NCBI GenBank assembly: GCA_020536535.1
Contig: JAHLWZ010000249.1
Location: 1 to 54,931 of the forward strand
Direction of reading: 5' to 3'
Length of the DNA stretch: 54,931 nt
DNA from: Pelomyxa schiedti
Lineage: Eukaryota; Protista; Evosea
The notes beneath the pieces were generated by a model. The model worked only from the letters and a program-made list of their open reading frames with translations, made no database searches and was not told the origin of the DNA. Of the stretch, positions 45,881-54,931 are shown piece after piece; the stretch's first letter is position 1, and each line of letters opens with the position of its first letter. A program made the position numbers and the translations under genes.

Positions 45881-46070
45881 ATAAAATAATCAACGGAACG
45901 CTGTCATTTTCGTTACCGTCGCTCAGTCTCGGTGGTCTGGTGTTTTTTTTATTCAGCCAATCAACAATTGGCTGAATAAAATAATCAACAGACCGGAACG
46001 CTGTCATTTTCCTTATCATCGCTCAGGATCGGCGGTCTGGTGTTTTTTTTATTCAGCCAATTATTGTTGA
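45881..46070. repeat. Two tandem copies of a ~95-bp unit with inverted ends (MITE-like or hairpin)
   Basis: ttggctgaataaaa...cagaccg...cggtctg...ttttattcagccaa; first copy 5'-truncated. Confidence 0.8.
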
Positions 46071-46321
46071 TGCACAACTTCCTTGTGGAAGAAAAACCGC
46101 CGCACCGGCCGTTACTGGATATCACTCACAGGCAGATCCTCTACTCCCGAAAGGGAGTGGCACTACTTCAGTGGACTTTTCACCACACTTTGTTTTCTCG
46201 GTTGTAATGTGTATTCCGGCAAAAGCGGGGTTGAGGGTGCGTTGACAGTGGAATAATTATCGAGTGCATTATTATTATTTATATTATTTTCATTGGTGAG
46301 CCAATACGCAATAGGGAGAAA

Positions 46322-47709
46322 ATGTGCATTATTGGGTTGTGCCTAGGTGTTCACAATTTGTTCCCATTCATTCTGTGTTCGAATAGGGACGAATATGTTG
46401 TACGTACTCCGTTGCTTCTTCATTTTGTACCCGTTTCTTAGGAAAGCACCATAGAATAGAGGAAATGTTGGCGTTCCACCTTCTTTAAACGAAGAAACTG
46501 GAATTATTGCTGGGAGAGATAAATTGCACTCAGGGACTTGGCTTGGCTTAAATACCATCACAGGTAATCGTAACTCTACAACTTTCCCTTACTAATTTGT
46601 TTAGGTGTCTTTTCAGCAGTAAACAATGTTAGGAGTAGTACTGCAAAGCGAAGCAGAGGAATCCTTGTTTCTAGTATTTTGGCTGGTACATCTGCCACTG
46701 AAGTATTACAAGACAAGTACCAGACTCGCTTATTAACTCTCGTTTTCTAACAACCTTCAGGCAAGAGTATGCTGGGTTTAACCTTGTCTATGGAAAAGTT
46801 CTTGGGGACGCTAGCAACCCTAAACCAGCGGTGTACTATGCCACTAACAGGGCTCCTGCCTGCCCTGATAGCACTGCGACTCCGACTTTTCAAGATGGAG
46901 TGTTTGCCATGGGAAATGATATCATTGGACAGGAGCATGTAAAGGTTTTTATTGCTTTGGTCTTCTTTGATATCTTATCCAAACCTCAGGTTCCATATTT
47001 GACGAACGGATTACAAAGAGTCATGAAGCAACACCACGCGCAATGGGAGTCCACTAGTACTGCAGCTGAGGAAATTCGGGATTCTCTTGCCAAACTTCTG
47101 AACGATACTTCCATTCCCCCATGGTCATGGCTTAGAATAGTTGAGAAGTTTCTCCCTTCAAGAGTGCGACCTCTTCAGCCGGCGTTCCGTACTTTCCTCA
47201 AAGTACTGGCTCTTTTGACCCCTATTTTTTTGTTACTGTCACTACTTATGGCCAGTAGTGTAGCCAGTAGGTTGAGCCTATCTACTTTCTTTAGTACTGC
47301 CTAACAATCAACAAGGATTTTTTGCACATTGACTGCAAGTTTGATTCTAGCACTTGTTGCTGGATTTGGGCACCACTTTAAGATGCAAAGAATATTTATC
47401 GACGTTTACCCTCCTTTCCTAGGATTCTTATCCTCCCACCGGCTTGCAACTGTAAACTTCCTCCACAATCAGTTTTTCTCCTTCTCTAATACCACCTTCA
47501 TCTCAATTTAGGTTTCTCAGACGATCATACTTGTATCCCACGAAGGAGAGGTCTTCTATTACTTCCGGAACACTATTTGTGGCAGCAAGCCCGTACAAGA
47601 CACACCCTGGACCGCGCTGCTCGCACACACACAACCACCATCACGTCAAGGTGGTGACCTGCCAAACAAGGAAACAAACGTAGGCCTGGAGCAGTCCTCA
47701 GGTGCCTGA
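46322..47709 (+). CDS. TANGO2: TANGO2/NRDE family protein
   Basis: MCIIGLCLGVHNLFPFILCSNRDEY, IIAGRDKLHSGTWLGLN, SRGILV, YAGFNLVYG, YYATNR, VSQTIILVSHEGEV. Confidence 0.88.
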
Positions 47710-48152
47710 TGACTTCCCATAAATCGCAGTACCATGCAATGTGCAGTGTGGTCAGTGAATACTCAGGGGATGAACCCCGACTTATTTGCGGTGCCACTTC
47801 CTACCTACCCCCTCCAGGCAGACGACATAATAAACACATTCTATTTTTCGTTTTTAGAGCACTCGGGCGGGGCATAATGTGGACTGCCAAAAAGAAAAGG
47901 TGGTTCTTGGGATTGCACGGGTCTTTATCATGGACTGAACACCTTTTTTGGTAGGCTGTCCACATTTTGCACAGGGTAGGTAGCTACTTTGGAGCCAGAG
48001 GTAACTTGGCTGGTGAGGGGAAGCATAACAAAGGGGACGAAATTGTGTCCCCAGTTTTATTATCGTTTATGTGGCGGAATTTTATTACAAACGAGAAGGC
48101 GTGGTGAAGTGCAAGTGGCTGGTGATGCTGTTGATGTGATAAAATCCGTCAA

Positions 48153-49903
48153 TTATCTCGCCTCGGCAATTAGCCTGTAGGTCTCGAAGCGGTGGTGTAT
48201 GACTTCGCGGTAATCATCGGAAAATCTCAACTCATGCAAAAATGGAAGCTAAGTAGTGTAAATTTGACGATGGGTGAAGGGGTTGAGGACACACCATTGT
48301 GAGAAGTTCGGTGTCGTTGTCGTCATCATACCAGCTCCGTATAGGGATTCCGTTGTCAATCTTTTATTTAGTTAGTGCACCGTATTCGAGCTTCAGTATC
48401 CAACTTGAAAGGCATAGGCCGAAGGAGTGTTGTCGATAATACATGTCTTGGACAGGTCTCTGTTTAACACAGACAAATCCTTCAAATAGACCCCATCTAC
48501 ACAAGTGCAGGAGTCACGGAACAATCTGTGACTGCAAGGAATTAGGAGAAAGAGGGAGTAGAAGATTCGCCATGATACCTAAAGTACTTGTACTGAGGGT
48601 CAATTTGGTCCAGGAGTGCATTTGCATATGCTAAGTGGGATGAGTTTACTAGAAAAAAAGCCAAGTGGCGGTTATTTTTACAGCCACCAATGCTTCACAT
48701 ATGTGTGTTTACTATTTAAGGCGTTCCCGTCTCTTCACCCTCTTTCATTCAATGGGAAGGAAGAAAGAAAGAAATAGAAATATTTACCTCTGTGAGATGC
48801 AGTGAAAATAATCACTTCAAATAATGTAGAAACTGCCCGCAAGAATTGATCCAAGTGAGGCCGTTTCCGGACAGGAACCTATTAATGGAACTCAGCTGGA
48901 GAGAATGGAAATTTCAAGCATACCATATGAATGGCACCTTCCCAGGAAACGGAGAGATTAATGTCTGCCCTCTCAGGTTCACAGTAACAATGGACTAAAG
49001 TTTCGTCTAGGTCCAGTACTAGAGTCTGTTGCGAGCTCAGAGAAGAATGCAGGAAGAAGGAGCATACCGGAAGAGGGGCGTCTGCACTCTTAGGGGGTAA
49101 GATAGGCTCAGAATAGTTCTCTGGTGGAATGATGTTTCGCATGAAAACGTAGGGATCGTTTGAAGCTCCATTTACAAAAAAATCAACTGATGGGTCCACA
49201 TCCACTGAAGATGTAGGTACCACAGTTTCCACAGCTTCAGGGTGTGCTACTTGAGGTTTGCGAATAGACCTTCCCATCATGCCGCCAACAACACCTCCAA
49301 CACCGCCAACAACACCCCCAACTACCCCTCCAACACCATCCACCATCCCGCCTACCACATCCACAACGGTCCCTGCAATAGCGTCGGCTAATGCAGCGAC
49401 TGGTGCAAACATAGTGACATCTGTACAGTCATCTTCCGGTGTTGGTGTTTCAGTTGGAGGAGGTGGTGTTGGTGGAGGAGAAGGCATTAGACCGGAATGT
49501 GTAAATGTGTGACGGTTGTGCAGGGTGGTGCTTTGTGGATTGGAAAGAGGTGTAGCTGCCCGATCTATCATGCGACCCAGTGATGAGTTGGGGCCGTCAT
49601 CCATTTCGTTATGATGTGGGGATTGGGTTGCATCTAATTCTATTAGTAAATAAGGTTAATGAAAGGTACGGAACCCACCTGTAAAAAAGGCGAAACAAGG
49701 GTCCTCATAGTCAGCCATTCTTTCATGTTTAGGGCCAGAAACGGAGACTTCTGATCTAAAATAAGCCACAAGGGGAACCCACAAAAGTAGTAAAACAGAC
49801 CGTTATGTTGAGGTTCAGTAAAAAATGAAAATAGGGGATCCTCATAGTCAGACATTGAGTTGCACATATTAGATCCCTTTGCAGTTCTCACACAGTGAAA
49901 CAT
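48153..49903 (-). CDS. CTD small phosphatase (SCP/CTDSPL2, FCP1-homology HAD); start codon uncertain
   Basis: [67 protein letters not shown]. Confidence 0.88.
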
Positions 49904-50464
49904 TTTCCCTTCAGATTTAAGGCCCCGAGAGCCGCTGGAAACAACTCGCTGTTTTTTTGCTCCCGACGTAGTAGAATCGACAAAACACCACAAACGCTAG
50001 AACGCTATGGCTGAATAAATCTTGTAGAGACCTGGCAGCTTTATACAGTGATGCAGATCTTGCGGTGTTGTGGGGCCGACGATCGGTTACACGTCTAATG
50101 GCACGCGCTTTGATTTCGCCAACAGGCGAGAAAAAGAGCCGAACTGGCCAAAGAAATAAATAAATTAGGCACGAAAAGTAGGCAGAACAATCTGGTTGTC
50201 ATCTTATGTCCCCGGGGATGCAATTCTTGGAACGTCTAGATCTTCTCCCTTTTCTTTTGTGTTGGTGCTATTTTGTGAGACACGAGGCTGTGAAGCCGCC
50301 GAAAAACAATTTCGGAATTTCAGTAAAACAATGTAACTATCAACACCAATGCAGAAACAAGGGAAAAAAAAAAATAAAAGAACACTTTTTTGTTGTTATT
50401 GTTGGTTTTGTTTGTGAATCCCATCAGAGATACGCCAAATCCACACCAAGTGGAATGAAACGTC

Positions 50465-51210
50465 TTACTCGCTCCAGTCCCTGGCGATCTTGAGGATGTA
50501 CTCAAACTTCAAGTGGACTTTGTTGTCATCGTCGACGAACTTCATCTTGGACTTGTAGTCGCCCCTCATGAGCAACCCAGAAGGTGCCTCGTTCCACTCA
50601 AGGCGAGGGATTTCGAGAGCCTGGAACTCGTTCTTTGGGGGATATGTGCCGAGCATTTCCTCATCAGACGCCACGGTCTTGCCTATTTTGCTGACAGTGT
50701 TGAGAATCTTGAGTCCCAGAACGACGTTGTGTTGGACGCGGAAAGTAACTGTAGGACCACAGGGGAAAAAAAAGAGGAGATATTAGTAAAATGCGTGCTG
50801 GGAAGTATGTATATAGAGAAGATAAAAGCGTACCGCGGATTTTAAATGATGAGCCCTCCTTTACAACCAGTGGTGTGCTGGCAGCGCGGAGAACATCCGC
50901 TTGATTGTTGAAGTGAAGAACAACTGGAGGGTGGTCCTGTCATTGTTTTAGTAACCGTGTGTGGGTTTTCTTTTTTGTTTTTCTGTTGTGTTAAGTGTTT
51001 TCATTTGGTGTGGTTAAGGTTGCTGTGTTATTTGTGTTGTACCTTGAAAACAATGGCGAATTCATTAATGACGACACGGCGAGGGTCGTCGGCGGGACCG
51101 ACATAGTGGGGGTCAATGCCAAGGGACTCGAGGTACTTAATCATGGCCGGATCTGCCCTCTCCTTTTCATAGTGGGCTGCAAGATTTACTTCCGGTGGTG
51201 GCGCCGACAT
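50465..51210 (-). CDS. Rho GDP-dissociation inhibitor
   Basis: KYLESLG, DDPRRVVI, VKEGS.F, FRVQHNVVLGLK, EEMLGTYPP, EAPSGLLMRGDY, KFVDDDNKVHL. Confidence 0.92.
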
Positions 51211-51359
51211 GTCTGCTGTGGTAGATTTTTTTTTTTGTTTTTTGGTTGTCTTTTGTTTTTCGAAAAAAGACGAAAAATCGTATTTTTTCGTGCCCGGTGG
51301 CTAGGAAAGGAAAGAGGGTAAATAATAAATTTATTGTTTTTAAGAGGCCTCACAGTTGC

Positions 51360-54299
51360 TTAGTTTGTAGGATAGAAAGACTTGGCGCAGTTTGTGACAA
51401 GATACACAATGGGGCTCACTTCTCTAATCTGAGAGACGGTATCCGGTGCCAGAAAAGGGCACGAATTTCTGTACCATTTGTCATTGTTGTAGTTAGGAAT
51501 ACAGGACAAAGTAGGGTACCTGTGGTTCAGTGGCAGGGGTAGCAACATGCGGTTCCGCTTTATCTGAGCAGTTCACAACATCTTAAGTGGGGTTAAAACC
51601 ACAACAATTAGGGGGTTACTGGCCTGTAACGTGTGGTGTTACGTCAGCACGTGTTGCATTTGCGGCAGTCTCACTATTCGGTTCAGAAGCAGGAAGGGGC
51701 TGTGGTTTCCCTTTATCAGCTTCCGCATCCTAAACTGTTATCAGTCGTTTGAAAAGTACCGGGATATTACCTCACATCGAGTTGGGGAAAATTCAACTTC
51801 TATGTCCGTATCAATAACTGATATTCCACCAGACGGGTTGTTTGGTTGCAATTCGAGCACTTCCCTGCTTTGAATTAACTGATGTCAACAGAGAGGGTCT
51901 ACATAGTGTACACAGTGCCCCGCGGTGTTGTTATCGGGAATATCTCCCCTTTGGTGAGTGCGGAAAATTTATGCAAGCACTGTTCTAGCCTGTTTATGGC
52001 AAAGTTGGTTTTAGGGGGGGAAAAGAGGAATTACAATGCTTTGGGGTTTTCTACACGTCTAAAAAAATCCGCACTACTTGGACCAAGTTTAACTAATTTC
52101 CCCTTCTCCAATCCTTGAATTGTGTTTACGTCAACTGTGTCACCTTCGTCAACGTGGAGCATTTTCATCATCTTTCTGGTCGTCAGTACAATCACGTTCT
52201 TCAAAACGGTACCCAGAACGGCATATAGCAGCAACCATCCGGCGCAGTAAACTCGAGAACTCCACAGTGAATTAACCGCCGATTGGCCCGCACTTCATAC
52301 ATAAGAGGACAGGATATGGATGTTTCTGTATGTCACGTAAGTGAGTAAATACAGAGTACAAAAACAACTTTCAGGATCCAACATCTTTTGAGGCAAGAAG
52401 ACTGTGGTAAAGTCAAACTGTAGACTATGAAGAAATTGAATTACTTTTTCCTCCAGATTCATAATCTTCCTTGGAGATAACTGCCAACGAATGGCAGGTT
52501 AACGTTAGAGACAAGGAGGGCTAAAATCTTGTAAGATTCTCAGAGGAGAAAAGAGTCAATTGACCTGTGGTGGGGTGTATCTCTGGGGATACACAGGAAG
52601 CATTCCATATCCTAAGTTGGTTGCTTGGAGAGAAGTAGAGTACGGATAGAGAGGGGAAGTTGGCAGGGGCCTTCTAACCATTTCTATTCGTTGTGTTGAT
52701 TTTTGAGAGGGAGGCAAAGTAGTAGGCGGAGTAACACCAAAATGAGACTTGTGTGTAGAATGAGTAAGCAGGTGTACACTCTGCAGAGGGGTTGTAGCTG
52801 GTTTAGTTGCAATTGGTAAGTTGCTTAGGTTTGGTGGTGTAATTTTCGTGCTTGTGTTAGCAAGAGGAATAGGACTGTGTACTCCCAGAACTGCACTTTT
52901 GGTGGGGATTGGGGGAAGGCTGGATCCTTGCAGGCGAAATTGCTTTGAAGAAGGAGTACCTTGAACCCTAGGATGCGAATGCCTATCCGAGTGCAGTGAA
53001 GGTGGTCCTTGCGTTAAAGTAGATGATTTGGCATTCCTGTTGACATCCAGAGCAGAAACTCTACTAGAAGCAGTGGTGGTTGAACTGGGAGCCTTATGTA
53101 CAGGACCGGAAGTGTGCTTGATAGCTGAATTTGATGCAGAAATTTTCGCAGCAGAGCTATGTGTAGGAGCAGACAATTCCTGCTTTCGCTGTGGAGGTTG
53201 TGTTACAATGGTAGCATCAACTTTTATCGAGCATGATGTGGGTGCTTCTTCCTCCTTGGCAGTGGAATCAGAGGAAGGAGGTGTAGTGCTTACAAGAGAG
53301 GGTGCCTTCACTGAATCTTCATGGCACACCAGTACTCTGTTGTTCTATTTTAGATCAAATTACTCCTCCATAGTGAACGACAAATAGCATAGCAAGCATA
53401 AATTAGTGAATCAGACAAATCACCAAAACACACACATCTGCAAGTGGAACCACCGGCAGAACTGTGTGTTGTTTTGTACCACTGGCACAACCAGCACCGC
53501 TGCCACACGTGACTTCGCCAGAGGAGCTCACTTTGGATTTGTCACTCCGCCTCTCCGCATCCTCCTTTCCAACAACCAAATTCGACGAGGCAGTAGCAAG
53601 TGCCGGCGTAGCAGGCTCCCTAACATTCCCATTCGGATTCGGATTCGCATTCGCATTCGGACTCGGATTTGCATTCGAAGCAGTGATTTCCCTCAGCACT
53701 TTACGCAGCAACGAAGCAACGCGGGCCCGCGTGGCCTCGTCGCCCCGGGCCGCTGCCTCCTCGATCCTGCTGCACAATCTGCCTATATCCTCCTCCCGAT
53801 CACGGGCGGCATTGGCAGCCTGGGATCCGCCGTTGCTGTGCGGTTTGCTCGCCGCGGTGGCTGTGGTCGCTGTTGCTGCTGCTGCTGCCGCTGTTGTTGT
53901 GGTGGTGCGCGCTGCTGAGGGTGAGCTGGAGCTATTGTGGGATGAGACGATTTTATCTTTGCCCAGAACAGTGTGGGTGGATGGGTGGTGGGTCACTGCC
54001 GTTGGGGCTGCTATGTTGCTGTTTGCAGTAGTAGTCGCCGTAGCTGGTGCATCGGGTGTGTGGGTATGTGCATGTGGAGGGGGAGATTTATGACGCGTCA
54101 GAGAGTGGGAGACAGCGTGGTTGAGGTGGATGTGGCCGTGAGGGCGAAGCTGCAGCGCAAGAGGGACCGAAGTTGCCTTTTGGGTTTTGTCACCGCTGCC
54201 GTTGCTGGGGGTGAAACGGGTGCGGATTATGGGAGGGGGTGGGGACCCAGAGGATGATACCGAGTGACTTTGGTGGTGCGGTTGGGATTCGGCTGACAT
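51360..54299 (-). CDS. UFD1: UFD1-domain protein with a very long low-complexity N-terminal extension; 3' end approximate
   Basis: [82 protein letters not shown]; upstream exons join in phase. Confidence 0.78.
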
Positions 54300-54347
54300 G
54301 AAAAAAAATCGATCAGTTCCAGTAAAAATGCAAGAAGGGTCCCGAAA

Positions 54348-54780
54348 ATGTCTCTCATTGGGCACGAGACTTCATATGATGATGAGCAGACGAGCAGGCG
54401 GGGAGGAGCCTCGGCCACGCCACGCTGCGCAGTGGGCGAGGCCGCCTGCCTGGGGCGCGTTGCGGATCTCGCGCGTGGTATGGGGACACGTCGCCGCGCC
54501 CTTCGTGCTCGCCTGCGACGCGGGCGACCAACGGCGAGTGCGCGTGGCTGCTGGGCCTCGCCGACGCGCTGTTCCCTTGGTGCCCCGCGCCTGCCGCGCC
54601 GTCGCGGACAGCATCGTGCCCGCCTCGTACGGCGACGGCAGGCACACGTCGCGGTACTATGTGCTCGAGCGCGCGGGGGAGGCGCGCAGCGCGAGGTGCA
54701 TCGACTGGGTGCTGAGGTCTAAGGTGTTGAGGAACAACACGAGGGAGTGCGCGGCTGTGATCAAGGGCCTGTGTGCTGGT
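54348..54780 (+). pseudogene. 5' part of a lineage-specific family gene (relative of 31672-33954) with apparent frameshifts
   Basis: Family-like peptides lie in different frames (ACLGRV / ISRVVW / WLLGLADALFP / LVPRACR / ECAAVIKGLC). Confidence 0.55.
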
Positions 54781-54809
54781 ATGTATGGTCTACGATGGCT
54801 TTGTGATTG

Positions 54810-54931
<122 letters not shown>

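Noticed and set aside
45881-46070. CRISPR-like array
   Set aside because: Only two units, the internal sequence is also repeated (no unique spacers), and there are no cas genes

Overview
Compact, intron-rich eukaryotic genomic DNA (mostly 40-60 nt GT-AG introns, very short intergenic spacers, two 100-N scaffold gaps). The gene style and lineage-specific families suggest an amoebozoan protist such as Pelomyxa; this is inference only. Manually spliced conserved genes: MO25, RAD52, a class-I sirtuin with a long disordered N-terminus, a GT2+GtrA dolichol-phosphate mannosyltransferase, PP4R1, a NEDD8-like protein, a PIWI-clade Argonaute, RPN5, a Rab2-like GTPase, a WD40-TKL kinase, Ran, thioredoxin, TANGO2/NRDE, a CTD small phosphatase, RhoGDI and a UFD1-domain protein. 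Several lineage-specific family genes are also present. Both gaps are associated with diverged duplicate segments, probably allelic haplotypes. Highlights: (1) a 1.87-kb TA-flanked element with 191-bp terminal inverted repeats inserted at a start codon; (2) a NEDD8 homolog lacking the C-terminal RGG; (3) two adjacent disordered proteins, one fused to a sirtuin, sharing an intron-split cyclin-docking-like module; (4) a Rab2 with N-terminal rather than C-terminal cysteines; (5) a putatively myristoylated pseudo-GTPase head-to-head with PIWI; (6) a TANGO2 with an inserted hydrophobic hairpin; (7) small foldback repeats. Exon boundaries were read by eye, and some starts and ends are approximate.
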